From Octopus vulgaris (Eukaryota): 64,000 nucleotides of DNA. The notes below the pieces were generated by a model. It searched no databases. It was not told the DNA's origin and was given only the letters and a program-made list of their open reading frames with translations. The stretch covers positions 62,001 through 126,000 of the forward strand of contig CATOCA020000002.1 in NCBI GenBank assembly GCA_951406725.2, written 5' to 3'. The translations under genes and the position numbers were made by a program. This document shows, one piece after another, positions 31,135 to 50,795 of this stretch (its first letter is position 1; each line of letters begins with the position of its first letter).

Positions 31135-32087
31135 ATTTAATGCATGTATATGTGGTCGGACTGAGCTGAAAATTTGCATACCTATGTTAACAGTGCTGAA
31201 GAGTTTGCATGGCAAATTTGAGTTTGCTCAATTGAAAGGTGTGGCCTCTAGAGCAAAATTCCTCATCTTTAAAATATGGATCAAGTAGACCCGAATGAAA
31301 TCAAGTTATAATACTAGTATATATATATATATACTAGTTTAAGGTGACCTGCTCTACGTACGGGTGAGGGTGTGGTTGTTACTTTCTGTTGCTTCCTTAC
31401 TGTTTCTTATCGCTATATTCTCCCTCTTTGTTTCTCTCTCACTTTCCCACTCTCTTATTCTTATTTCTCTCAGACTCTCCCTCGCTTTCTCTTACTCTCT
31501 ATCTTGATTTACAACTTGATTTCATTCGGGCTTATTCTCAAATTGCCACATTTTAAAAAATGAAAAGTCTTTCAAAATAATGGCAAGTTTATTAAAAAAT
31601 TGATTGAAAAAAGGCAAGTATGCAAATGGATAATACAGTCTCTTAAAAAGCAATTACTCACACCCAACTTAATTTCGTAGAATCAGTGTCACAACCTGAA
31701 TGCATGAGTCAGGAGTTTGACTGGAAGAAGGTATCAGGTTGCACATGCCAGTCCTTTTGACACCACCCCTCCCGTGTTTTCCAGTCTTAAAAGACAATGC
31801 AAACTGTATGGTTTGGAAAAATGGGAAAGGAAAAATTTAATGTAAGACTTACTCAGGCTAATGGGAGGGTGACGCATATACAACCAATGTTCAATAAGAA
31901 GAGAGAGTTGAGAGGACGGCGCATGATTTTAAGGTGACCGTAACTGAAAAAGAAAAAAATTGTTAAATACGGGTGAACAGTCTTCATCAAAATAAAAGCA
32001 CGTAGCTAACAGTTGCATTTGAAATGATGCAACCATTGAAAAAGCGATATGGACTGCATGGCATGATGGGGGCCACATCAAGCAAAG

Positions 32088-32130
<43 letters not shown>

Positions 32131-33843
32131 ACGATGTTGAGTGGACTGAAGAAGACGTGAAGAAGCACGAATACATAGAGACACAGAGAACGACGTTGAG
32201 TGGATCGAAGATGTTGAGGTGACCTTGATAGGAGAGGAAAACTGTTGTAAAAGGTGATACAACAGATGTCAATCAAGTAAAAAAGTTTGGCAGAATTGAT
32301 TGAAAACGGGATTTGTTGCCCTAGTAACCACAGCTTTTGAGATGGAGATTTCTAACCTAGTCCAGTTGCTTCCTTGCCTCATTTTACAAGTCTCTGTAAA
32401 TTTTCACCGCAATCCGAGCACGCCTACAGCCATTGAACCCTGTGTAACCACTAAATGAGACATGCAAACATACAACTTTCGGCCATTTCACTTTTATATA
32501 TAGATACTAGCAGAGAAACCCGGCCTTGCTTGAGATTGAAATAGCATAGTTTTATCATTGTTTTACTTGTTTCAGTATTATAACCCAGTTTCATCTGGGT
32601 CTACTTGGGCTACATTTTAAAGATGAGAAATTCACAAAAAAAAAAAACGAAAATTTCATAAAAAATTTGGTAATGAAAAAATACATGCCAAATGTTTAAA
32701 CAGTCTTTGAAAAGCGATTGGAGAAACCTTGCGGATGCAGATATGAAGGGCAAAGAATGACTGGAAAATGCTGGAAAGAAAACAAAACACCAATCAGGTG
32801 TCTGCACATAACTGAAATTGTATAATATGACTGCAATTACAATATTTTGGATACAATATGTAGTCACACCCAACCTAATTTTGCAGAATCAGCGTCACAA
32901 TGTGAACCCATGGGCTGGGAGTTTGACTGACAGAGGTTGCCAACGATATGAAGAAGGTGGATGCAGTTGGGCTAAAAATTGAGAAAGTTACAATGACTCC
33001 AGTGACAGGAGAGTAATGACGGTAGGTTCAAAAGTGTTATTGCAGGGCTTCTTTGTAGACAACGTTCCTGGTGTTGCCCGGATTACCACAAATGAAGAGA
33101 TTGTGTGGGCTGCCAACACGGGAGCATTGGATGCATAGTTGACCATATGTAAATACCTGCTGTGTCAGATTTAGGCCAACTACTTGTAACAATTGTCCCT
33201 GTGCCTTGTTAATGCTCATTGCAAAGCATACTTTTAAGGGAAACTGCTGTCACATAAATTCAAATAGCACAGCAGAGGGACTAAGGCTCATGGGTGTTAA
33301 TAAATTTGTCATGCCAGCAGATGGTCCACTCAGAATGGTTGTCATCAGAATTAAAGTCCCAATTTTTTGATGATCAGATATGTAGCGTAGCATAGTTCTG
33401 GTTTCCCAGCAGTGTAACTGGAACACCAACCTTCAGTCTAAGGTCATGAGATGGATGTCCGGGAGCTAGTTGGCTGTTGAGAAATTTAATAGGTGTGCAA
33501 ATTTTCAGCTCAATCCGACCACATTTACTAACACTTTTGCCTGCATAACTGCATGTGAGACAATGTCCGCCTTTTTACAAATATGTATTAGAATAGCAGA
33601 GATATCCGACCTTCCTCGGGGTTAAAATAATTTATTATTGTTTTACTTGTTTCGGTATCATAACCTGATTTCATTTGGGTCTACACAGGCCATATTTTAA
33701 AAGATGAGGAATTTTGCCCTAGAGGCCATGCCTTTCAATTGAGCAAACTCAAAGTTGCCATGTAAACTTGCCATGCAAACTTGCCAGCACTTTTAACATA
33801 GGTGTGCATATTTTCAGCTCAATCCGACCACATATGCACTCAT

Positions 33844-33875
<32 letters not shown>

Positions 33876-33912
33876 TATATGTAAGTATATATATATATAT
33901 ATATATATGTAA

Positions 33913-33966
<54 letters not shown>

Positions 33967-34640
33967 GCATTTAATATGTACATATATATGCATTATTTCT
34001 ACATTTCTACACACACACACACACATATATAAATATATACACTTTATATATATATATATATATATACACATGTATATACATTATATATATATCTATATGC
34101 ACACATATATATATAAATTAACACAGTAAATACCTAATTAATAATATCTGTTATGATTGTGTGGTGGTGGTGGGCGATAATAATTCACTGTTCTAAAAGA
34201 CCTGTGGTGGGAATATTTAAGCTTTTGCGGCTGTCAATGCTTTCTCTCTATAGCTACAGACAAACGTATACAGAGAGAGGCAGTTGGAGAAAGAGTGACA
34301 GAGAGACGAAGATATCAAACGTCGTTATAGACAGAAAGTGGAGGGAAGGAAGGAAAGACTGAGATCGAGGAAGAAAGGGTGATATCGGAAAACGAGAAAC
34401 GACAAACATTTGTCAAAGTCTGGGTTTTGTTGCCCTAGTAACTACAGCTTTTGAAATAGGGGTTTCTAACCTAGTGCAGTCACTTCGTCACCTCATTTTA
34501 TATGTCCCTGTAAATTTTGGTGCCAATCCGACCCCATCTACTGGCCCTTAAACCATTCCCATCCCGAAATGAGACAAACAACTTTTTCGGATTTCAGCTT
34601 TATAGATATTGATACACACACACACACACACACATATATA
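31130..34640 (-). mobile_element. Cluster of tandem/nested Helitron-derived elements
   Basis: Minus-strand 5'-TC ends (32504, about 34606) and 3' hairpin+CTAG ends (31334, 32507, degenerate about 33593); module 31140-31317 recurs inverted at 33650-33845. Confidence 0.7.
33037..33490 (-). pseudogene. Helitron Rep/Hel PIF1-helicase C-terminal fragment
   Basis: HDLRLKVGVP, QFPLKVCFAMSINKAQGQ..VGLNL..VFTYGQL..CSRVG. Confidence 0.88.
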
Positions 34641-35029
34641 TAGCTTTATAGATATTAACAATTGAATTATATGTAGTAAGTAATAATTAAAATCAAACTA
34701 AAGTATAATATAATCGTAACATAACAAAAGTAAAAATAGCAATTGGTATAAAATTGCATCAATGACTTGAACTTGAATCAGTGGTTTCACATGAATGGGA
34801 ATAAATTAAATTAAATCAACTGCGTACTGCTTTTTGATTCACCGTAAGGTTTGTTGTTATTATTACTGTTTAACTATTGTTATCACGTTTGTTGGTTCCT
34901 CGTAAGGGAAACGTTGTGTTGCATTTGTTAAATAATTGTAAACTGTAACCTTCCCCCTTTGGGAGAAGGAGCTTTGGTTATTGTTTAAAAATTGAATTGT
35001 GTCCCTGTTTGGGGAAATTGATAATATTT

Positions 35030-35590
35030 TCACAGTATATACGGAACCATTTTTGTTAGAATGCCTTCGATAGAAGAAAGTCCAAAATAAATTTCACTGC
35101 AGCTGTCGGCGGGCGCGAACTCATTAAAATTAAAATGGAAGAAATACAAACTTATTTCAGATTGATCACCGACAAAGACGGTGAATCTAGGATAACACCA
35201 CCAAACAAAATAAAAAATTAAATTAAAGAAAAGACTATTGTCTATAAAGTATACAATGTAGAGAAAAATAAGATTTGAACACCAGGAGGAAAGCACCATC
35301 GAAAAGTGTCTTGGTGCGACTATGAAAGATATCTAACCAGAGGCGGTAAATTCGCCACAATAGAAGCAATGTTCGAGTCAACAGAGTGTGCAAGGGAGTA
35401 CTCGACTCGAACCTTACAAAGTGGAAATATTTTATTTTTACCTTTATATCTGGGACGTAGGACGTCCCGGATAAAAATCAAAAATATCCCCCCAGAAGTA
35501 GAGGTAGGCTGGATTGTAGCCACACTTCTATAGAAGAGGGAGGACAAGATACAATTGATCGAAATTGCAAGAGACGGGCCTACAATTCCA
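35030..35590 (+). mobile_element. Tx1/L1-type ORF1 fragment
   Basis: AREYSTRTLQSGNILFLPLYLGRRTSRIKI..W aligns with AKEVSTQTLKNEEIMLLPTDLGRRTTKVTV..W at 58458-58673. Confidence 0.65.
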
Positions 35591-35788
35591 GTCTGTTATA
35601 TATTTTGAGTATTGTTATCACTAGCGATATCAAGATATAACTTTATATTTTGTATGTTATGTGTAGATGAATATATATAGATGTACATGTAATATGTACA
35701 CATATATACATGCACTAGCACTATGAGCCAGCAACGACAAGTCATAATGCTAGTATATATATAAATATATAATATGCGAGGCAAGTGA

Positions 35789-36349
35789 AATAAAAAATCA
35801 AAATCAAATTCAATGACTGCCGTCCGTGCTAGAAGGGTGCAAAGAGCACCATACGAGTGTGATCATTGACAGAGCGGTTAACCGGCTTCTGTGCCAGTGG
35901 CACTTAAAAGGCACCATTCGAGAGTGATCATTACCAGCGTTGCATTACTGGCACTTGAGCCCCATGCTAGTAGGGTATTAAGAAGCACCATCCGAGCATG
36001 ATTGTTGCCAGAGCGGCTATCTGGCATTGTGCCGGTGGCATGTAAAAAACATAATTCGAGTGTGATCATTACCAGCATCACCTTACTGGCACCCGCGCCG
36101 GTGGTATGTATAAAAGATTCGAGCAAGGTTGTTGCCAGTGCTGTCTGACTGGCCCTGTGCCGGTGGCATGTAAAAGATTCCACTACACTCTCGGAGTGGT
36201 TGGCATTAGGAAGGGCATCAATCTGTAGACACTCTGCCAGATCAAGATTGAAGCCTGGTGCAGCCATCTGGTTCACCAGCCTTCAGTCATATGTCCAACC
36301 CATGCTGGCATGCAAAGCGGACATTAAATAATGATGATGATGATGATGA
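35789..36349 (+). mobile_element. RTE 3'-UTR-derived repeat with internal ~55-bp tandem units and (GAT)n tail
   Basis: Repeated gtgccggtggca units, ggcattaggaagggcatc, cggacattaaataatgatgatg. Confidence 0.8.
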
Positions 36350-36837
36350 TATACATACATATATAAATATATCAAAATATACATGTAATATATATATATA
36401 TAAATATATATGCATATAGAGACATATGTATATATAAATATATGCATACCTATTACACAATACCTCTTTAAATCTGCAATGGCTCCATAACTATCATCTT
36501 GGCTATAAACTTGAAGCCCTAGTAATCCATTACAGCACTTACCCAGCGTACCTAGTTGTTTAGATAACCTGTGACCAAACTCCCCATATTTTGTATATAT
36601 ACATATATATATATACATTTATATATATATATATATATACACACACAAATACATATATGTACATGTGTAGATATATATATGCATATATATATAAACATGT
36701 TTATATATATATGTGTATATATATATAGATGTATATATATATCAGTATATATATATAGATGTATATATATACATGTATATATCTATCTATATATATATAT
36801 ATACATGCATTCATACATATATGTGTGTGTGTGTGTG

Positions 36838-36910
36838 AGGCACAATGGCCCAGTGGTTAGGGCAGTGGACTCGCAGTTGTAGGATCGCAGTTTCGATTCC
36901 CAGACTGGGG
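36838..36910 (+). mobile_element. SINE tRNA head fragment
   Basis: Matches 1073-1127. Confidence 0.75.
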
Positions 36911-36979
36911 AATATATATGTGTATATATATATATCTATATATATAAATATATATTACATTAATCAAGGACATATTAAA

Positions 36980-37190
36980 GTGCCTACCCACTAGAAGTAA
37001 GAGTTAAAATCATCATTTGGACCACTAAAAATATTTGCACTGTTTCCATTAAATATATAGCTTTATGCTACATAAGTATGTGAACAATTTTTATGGCTTG
37101 CTTGTATACAGTTGAATCTGTTGTTTTCAATGTAAATATTTTTGGTGATCCAAATGATGATTTTAACTCTTATTTCTGGTGGGTAGACAC
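36980..37190. repeat. Fold-back repeat with ~60-bp imperfect arms
   Basis: gtgcctacccactagaagtaagagttaaaatcatcatttgga / tccaaatgatgattttaactcttatttctggtgggtagacac. Confidence 0.7.
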
Positions 37191-37409
37191 TATAATCTGC
37201 CTTGAGTAATGTAATAGTAAATCTATAGCTATATAATGCTGAATTAGGCCTGCAACCACCTCTGTTAATATTGTTATTGCCTTCGATAATAATAACACAA
37301 TTAATATCAATCTAAATATTCCCTTCTGTATGTTTTTGCTGCTGATACACATACACACACATATTTATCAGTTTATATACAAAGATACAACATACCTACA
37401 TATAAATAT

Positions 37410-43283
<5,874 letters not shown>

Positions 43284-43284
43284 A

Positions 43285-43678
43285 CTAGCAGTATCGCCCG
43301 GCGTTGCTCGGGTTGTAAGGGAAATAACTATATAAGCATTTTTAGAGAGTTATAGCCAAAAAATAGCAAAAAAATGCATTAAAAATTGAAAAAAAATTAA
43401 GGTAAATTTTTTTTTAAATCGTTGACACATCGTAGATATTTTTAGAGAGTTACTTCCCTTATATAAAAGCGAAAAAAATGCATTAAAATGGAAAAATATG
43501 ATGGTAAATTTTTTTAAATCGTAGACTCATCGTAGACGCACGCTAATACCCAGAAGGGCTCGATATGAATCACGACTATAAGATACCCGCTTTTGGTTAA
43601 ACTGCACCGCAAAATGTGGGAGTAGTTAGGAATCTAAATCGTAGGAGACAGACACACAACTTCACTCTTATATAAAGA
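43285..43678 (-). mobile_element. Complete non-autonomous Helitron
   Basis: Minus strand: A|TCTTTATATAAG ... CCCGAGCAACGCCGGG hairpin ... CTAG|T. Confidence 0.85.
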
Positions 43679-43689
43679 TGCTTTTTTTT

Positions 43690-44008
43690 TTTCAGTCATA
43701 GAGTTAGATTTATGAAGGTCTTCAGTAGAAAATCCTTCGAATTCTGACTCGCTGCTTGATATAATGAAATTCGTATCCATTTTTTGTCAGAATTACAAAT
43801 TTTGAAAACACAATAGGAACAAATTTCGGAAAAAAATCTCCCATAATTCACGGAATTAAAATTACACTTCGATTTTTGTACAAAACTGTAGTTGAAGTGT
43901 TTACGAAGTATAATACGTGTTTTCACGAATGTACTAAAGAGATTTGCTCTGATATTCTCATTTAAATATGAATAGGTAAATTCGGCGGCTTGGTAACGAA
44001 AGGGTTAA
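43690..44008. mobile_element. piggyBac-like MITE end
   Basis: Ends ...cgaaaGGG-TTAA; the opposite TIR was not found. Confidence 0.45.
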
Positions 44009-44943
44009 ACGGATGCATACATTTATTAATCTCTTATTATAATAACTATATATAAGTGTCGTCTGTTTATACATAAACACTGTTTCATACTGCAATTATA
44101 TATACATATATCTATATATAGTATATAATAAAATATATACAGAGTAAAATAAAAACCAATTTACCTTTTCTGTCCGTCCGTGTGTCTTTGCAAATGTGTT
44201 GGAATGATAAGTGAGTTGTGTTTTGGTGCCTTTTTTACTAATAACAAACACACACGTGTTTGTATGTAGTTATATGTGTATGTAGTTGTATGTAGTTGTA
44301 TGTGTATGCGTGTGTGTGAGGAATGACACACACACACTCACGCACGCACACATGTACATCAATGCTTTTGGAGTGATATGTTAAAATATTGAGTTTTCTC
44401 GAATTTTGTCTTAATTGGTGGTAAAATTGAAAGAAATTTTTTATGGCATCACCCACTGAAGTACTCTGAAAAATCATGGGTACACTCTAATTGAAGAAAT
44501 TGTGTGAGGAGTAAATCGTTATGTATTTATTTGTTTCTGTTTGCTGTGTTTCTTTATTTTTTGAGTAGTGGTTTAAATACTTTCAGTTTAGTCTTCCTCA
44601 AATCACTCTGTCGCTATTTACTTTCATTTTATTCGTTGCACACTGTGTGTGTGCATTTGCGTGTGCTGTAAACCAGACTAAGAGAAGCATTTGACACACA
44701 CACCAGAATGTGAGTTTTCTGTAAATTTTGCTTAATTGGAGTTTAAATTTTAAAAACTGGACCTGGCATGACGCGATGCATTCTACTCTTAAAAATGCTA
44801 GGTAAATTGTAATTGAAGAAATCCTATATTGTAGATTTCTATAACTCCCAAAGGGAGGCAGATAAAATCTGCCTTTTATAATAAGAGATATATATATATA
44901 TATATAAATACATATATATATATATATATAAAGATATATATAA

Positions 44944-45000
<57 letters not shown>

Positions 45001-45001
<1 letters not shown>

Positions 45002-46286
45002 TCAGTCACAGGTGGATGTGGTATATCTCGACTTTGCGAAGGCCTTTGACAAAGTCGACCACGGAGTGATATGTCACAAATTACTCAGACTCGGCATAAC
45101 AGGAAAAGTAGGTGAGTGGATACATGACTTCCTGAAGGACAGAAGCCAGATGGTTGCAGCCAATGGAGCCCTCTCGGGAAAGACACCAATAGCAAGCGGG
45201 GTGCCACAGGGCACAGTCTTGGGACCCTTGCTGTTTTTGGTGGCGCTCTCTGACATGCCCTTGGTAGCACAAACAACATCCCTCACTAGCTATGCTGATG
45301 ACACAAAGGTAGCACAGGCAATCAAAAACCCAGCTGATGCTGACCTTTTACAACAAGATCTGGATGCCATATACAAATGGGCTGAAGACAACAACATGCA
45401 ATTTAATGCTGGTAAATTTCAAGCCTTACAATATCAAGCTGTAAACACATATACATTACAACACAACTATACTGGTCCAGGAGGGATCGAAATCCCAGTA
45501 TCGAAATCAATACGGGACCTGGGGATAGACATGAGTGACGATGCATCTTTTTCTTCACACATCGCGAAGGTGGCGACAATGTGCAGACGACTCACTGGCT
45601 GGATCCTGAGGACATTCCGGACAAGAGACTGCGAGACCATGTTGACACTATGGAGGACATTTGTCCTAAGCCGCCTGGACTACTGCTCCCAACTGTGGTC
45701 ACCGCATAGTGTCAAACTAACCACAGAGCTTGAGACAATCCAAAGACATTTCACCAAGAGGATTTCCACCATGAAAGAAAAGAACTATTGGGAGAGGCTT
45801 AGGGAACTCAATTTGTACTCCTTGGAACGAAGACGAGAGAGATATGCAGTGATATACATATGGAAAATCCTGGAGGGACTAGCACCAAATTTTGGAATTG
45901 AGAGCTGTTCCAATCCCCATACAGGACGTCACTGTGTGGTGCCAAAGGTCCCGTCTTCCACATCCAGGGTAAGGAGCAGATACTGTAATAGCCTGGGGTT
46001 CAGGGGCCCTCAGCTGTTCAACAAACTGCCAAGAAAACTAAGAGATCTACATGATGCGGATGTGGACATTTTCAAAAAACATCTAGACAAGCTGCTTTCC
46101 GGGATCCCAGATGAACCCACTGCAAGGTACGAAGGTAACCTAAGGGCAGCAGCTACAAACTCTCTCTTAGATCAGTGGCCAGCCACGGCAAACTGGACTT
46201 AGAGAGGGTAGCAACAAGGGCGGTGCCCCAGCATGGCCTCAGCCGGATGGCTGAAACAAGTAAAAGAGTAAAAGAGTAAAAGAGTA
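45001..46286 (+). mobile_element. Young 5'-truncated CR1/L2-group LINE inserted in (TA)n
   Basis: Uninterrupted RT ORF, short 3' UTR, (AAAAGAGT)n tail. Confidence 0.95.
45012..46202 (+). CDS. Reverse transcriptase (ORF2) C-terminal 396 aa
   Basis: [47 protein letters not shown]. Confidence 0.93.
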   Translation: MDVVYLDFAKAFDKVDHGVICHKLLRLGITGKVGEWIHDFLKDRSQMVAANGALSGKTPIASGVPQGTVLGPLLFLVALSDMPLVAQTTSLTSYADDTKVAQAIKNPADADLLQQDLDAIYKWAEDNNMQFNAGKFQALQYQAVNTYTLQHNYTGPGGIEIPVSKSIRDLGIDMSDDASFSSHIAKVATMCRRLTGWILRTFRTRDCETMLTLWRTFVLSRLDYCSQLWSPHSVKLTTELETIQRHFTKRISTMKEKNYWERLRELNLYSLERRRERYAVIYIWKILEGLAPNFGIESCSNPHTGRHCVVPKVPSSTSRVRSRYCNSLGFRGPQLFNKLPRKLRDLHDADVDIFKKHLDKLLSGIPDEPTARYEGNLRAAATNSLLDQWPATANWT

Positions 46287-46872
<586 letters not shown>

Positions 46873-46949
46873 GTAGGTCCCGGGTTGAGTCGGGGTTAAC
46901 CACAGTAAATAAGGTACTCAATACATAGCAGAGTAAATTAATTTATTTT

Positions 46950-47224
46950 ATATCCTGCCGAAGAACCTGAGAGACCTGCATGGGGTGGATGCAGATGTCT
47001 TTAAAATGAAACTGGATCTCTTCCTGTCAGGTGTCCCAGATGAACCAACTTCACGGCAGGAGGTGCAGATGAGGACAGCTGCATCGAACTCTCTCATGCA
47101 CCAAATGGCAGTTGCTAGAAAGTGTTCGTGAAGTAAAACCAAGTAGCAACACCAAATGGCGGTGCCCCAGCATGGCCACAGCTCATGATCTGAAACTAGA
47201 ATCAATCAATCAATCAATCAATCA
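46950..47224 (+). mobile_element. CR1/L2-group LINE 3' end with (ATCA)n tail
   Basis: LRDLHGVDADVFKMKLDLFLSGVPDEPT; ggcggtgccccagcatggcc. Confidence 0.85.
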
Positions 47225-47228
47225 TATG

Positions 47229-47441
<213 letters not shown>

Positions 47442-47443
47442 TA

Positions 47444-47923
47444 TAAATTGATCAAAATAAAATAAAAACATGATGCGAAGGATTCAGCGGTACATATGTT
47501 TCGGGCCTTTATTAGACAGATTTATAACAATGCATAATGTATGTCTGTGGCCTTCTTCTGTCGCGCACAACAGCTTCCACAAGGACATGTGTTACATCAA
47601 AAATTCTTGTGAGAGAAGAAAGAGATGGACGCTTCAATTCTATGCTGCTGCCGCATTATGTCGTACGCGAATGAGAGGATTTGCATCCCCAACAAAGAAT
47701 TTTTGATGTAACACATGTCCTTGTGGAAGCTGTTGTGCGTGGCAGAAGAAGGCCACAGACATACATTATGCATTGTTATAAATCTGTCTAATAAAGGCCC
47801 GAAACATATGTACCGCTGAATCCTTCGCATCATGTTTTTATTTTATTTTGATCAATTTACTCCACCACCTACACCACCAAACGGTATACACAGGTGCTTA
47901 TAATTATCAAGTACTCACCCCGA

Positions 47924-47930
<7 letters not shown>
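47444..47930. mobile_element. Penelope-pLTR-type fold-back with ~165-bp near-perfect arms (47444-47608 and 47695-47859)
   Basis: Arms are reverse complements; each carries the HHR 3' half GAAAC-ATAT-GTA. Confidence 0.7.
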
Positions 47931-48010
<80 letters not shown>

Positions 48011-48479
48011 ATATATATATATATATGTAAGTAAAAAGCAAAGGAGTAAAAATGTTCATAGCAATCGCGTATGTGCGCATGTGCATTCATACATACACAT
48101 GCACTCACGCACACTCACATACATGTGCCTATATGCATATGCTCACTCACATTCGCATGAAACACACACATGTGCACCCACACATGAACCAATAGATGCA
48201 CATATATATGCAACCATACATGTACATGTATACATATCCACACACACACGCAAAAACACACACACACATGTGCACATACTGATAAGCGCACAGTTATATT
48301 CAAATACACGTCTAAAATTACGCACATGCTATTATATGCTCACTCACACTCGCGTGGAACACATGCATGTACACCCACATATATGTGCAACCATATACAT
48401 GTACATATATACATACCCGCACACATGCACAATGTACACATATGTATATTTGTACACACGCGCACACACACACATAGAG

Positions 48480-49197
48480 TGTGGGTCAAATGCTTCTTTT
48501 GGCTGTCTCCATACGTATGCTTGGCCAGTGGTCGGAAATGAGGTAAAGGATGACTCATCTGAGAAAATAGCATTCTTCCACTACTCTAGGGACCAATTCT
48601 GTAGGTTTTTACTCCACTCTAAATGCTTTGCAATGTTTGTTTTTGAAAGGAGTGGTTTTGTGATTGCAGCCCTTCCGTGAAATCCGTCTTTGTGCAGCTC
48701 CTGGCAAACAGTTTTTGTGCAAACTGGGTTCTCAAGGTGGTCATTAAACTGTGCAGTAATTTTGGGAGCTATAGTTTTGTGATCCTTTCTAATAATTTGC
48801 ATAAGAGTTCGATGGTCCCTGTCTGAAAGTTTTGGTTTCCTTCCTGAGTTTTGTTTTGACAAGGAGGTTTTTCCCTCTTTCCCAAAGGTTGTTGCTACTT
48901 TTGAGACTACTTCTTGATACACCAAACATTTTGGTTGTTTTCATTATGCTAGCACCTGCCATACGAGCACCAACAATTTGACCTCTTTGAAAGTTCGATA
49001 GATCTGTCATTTTAATGAATTTTAATTACCTTTTTCTGATGATATCTGAAAAGAAACACAATTTTAGCAAAACATATTAAGGAACACTAATAATAAATAA
49101 AAAAACATAAAAATAAACAATTTTTGATGGTTTTATAGATATTTCAAAATTATGATGCTATGATGCTAGCTGTTTCCATTATTTTGTCCAACTACAG
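48480..49197 (-). mobile_element. Tc1-type transposon 5' half
   Basis: MTDLSNFQRGQIVGARMAGAS, SGRKPKLSDRD, AITKPLLS, FSDESSF; left end ctgtagttggacaaaataatggaaac. Confidence 0.85.
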
Positions 49198-50460
49198 AAC
49201 TACTGGCGAGACATCTTCCCAGATGTACATTGCCACTCCACCATGAGTCCTTTCTCTCCTACCAGTTCGAATCAACAGATATCCTGGTATATGTATCTCA
49301 ACATCTGATATGTCCACATTCAAATGTTTTTTCTGTAAGTGACATACATATTGCTTGATTACATGTCACTATGTCTCTCAGGTACTGTGTTTTGCACTGT
49401 TGGGACATTACGAGGCCCGATATTCAGCAAGAATACTGGTGTGACATATATGGTGTCAGTAGTGGCTACTGATCTGACATGCACCAAGGTGTCAGAGGTG
49501 GTCACCCTAGATCCTTCGTTATTTGAGGTGGTTGTGAATACTGGTGAGTGTTTATCATAATGGATGTCCAGTGAAGCCAGGTCAGTTGCCTTACAAAAAA
49601 GCAACCTCCAAAAAGCCTGTTGTTCAGCAGCCACTATCTGCACTGCATCCACACACTTCCATGGGAGTGGAATTGTATCTTGTGATCTAACTCTGTGTCA
49701 CTGGAGGCTGTTCTTCCTGGTTTTCAGGTGAGTGGAACAAGCACTGCTCACATGGGATTTGGGATAAGCAAATCTGCAGCCTGTCCCAATGTCACCATGC
49801 CAGCGGGTACCCTTTACATAGAACTTGCAAACTGGCTTGGTTTCCTTTTTACCAGAGCCATTGTCTTTGCAGGTTCTATTTCATTTTCTTTGTGAGCCCA
49901 CCTTGGGCCCACATCCATTCTCAGCTTGCTGGCCCGCTGGTGTGTTTGTCTTCATTTGGTTCTCCTGTTTTAGTTGCTGCTGTTGTTCTCCTCTACACAT
50001 GTCTTCACCTTTGGCTTTGTTGGTTTCTCCTGGTGCACTTTGGCATTCTTCATGGACACACAGCTGTCCAGGGTGCTGGTGTCTTCTTTGTTTTGTTGCT
50101 CTCTTTCAGCTTTACCATACCCTTCTCGGATTCTATAGAGTCACTAGTTTCTTTTTCTTTTCCCCCCTTTGGTACCTTCACCTCTTTAAATATTTTCTTT
50201 AATAATTCCATGTTTGGTTGTATTCAGGTATATGAGCGAAAGAGATCATTCTTTTTCCTTTCAATTTGAGTCATGGTTCAGTGAAAACCAAAGCTCTTCG
50301 GGGCCTCTGAAATAAGAGTGTTTGGCACCATTCCTTCTGCCAGCTCCCATGCAAGGAGCATTGTTTTAATTTCCTTGACCTGACAGTTTCTCTGAATTTT
50401 GAAACTTATGCTTTCTTTTGTGTAGTTTGCTTTACTGAGGTCCATGTTGCTGAGACAGGG
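49198..50460 (-). mobile_element. 5' portion of a CR1/L2-type LINE (ORF1 remnant and start of APE endonuclease)
   Basis: LLNI, EIHIPGYLLIRTGRRERTHGGVAMYI; upstream VCKFYVK..HG CCCH-like motif. Confidence 0.55.
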
Positions 50461-50795
50461 AGAGAAAAAAAATGCCAAGAAGTGGGGACAGATATATATA
50501 GAGAGAGATGGTGAAGAAAGCAGAGTGATAAACAGGGAAAGTGAGAGAGAGATAGATAGATAGAGAGAGATAGAAATGTAGAGGAAATGAGGGGGCAGAG
50601 AGAAAAGAAATACAAAGGTAATGAAAAGAGCAGGGACATTTATAAAGATAGTGAAGAAAGGAAGACAGAAAGGAGAGATGTAAAGGTAGTGAGGGAAAGC
50701 AGAGAAGATATATACACTGCAAGTGTAAAAGAGAGAGAGAGAGAGGATATATATAATATATACATACATATATATTGTATATACATATGTATATA

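Noticed and set aside
35860-36180. Regularly spaced gtgccggtggca units resembling a CRISPR array (also 2900-3060 and 51965-52180)
   Set aside because: The spacers are homologous to each other; this is a minisatellite in an RTE 3' UTR, with no cas genes and a eukaryotic context
47470-47833. Two opposing 78-aa ORFs with the same N-terminus
   Set aside because: By-product of the inverted repeat
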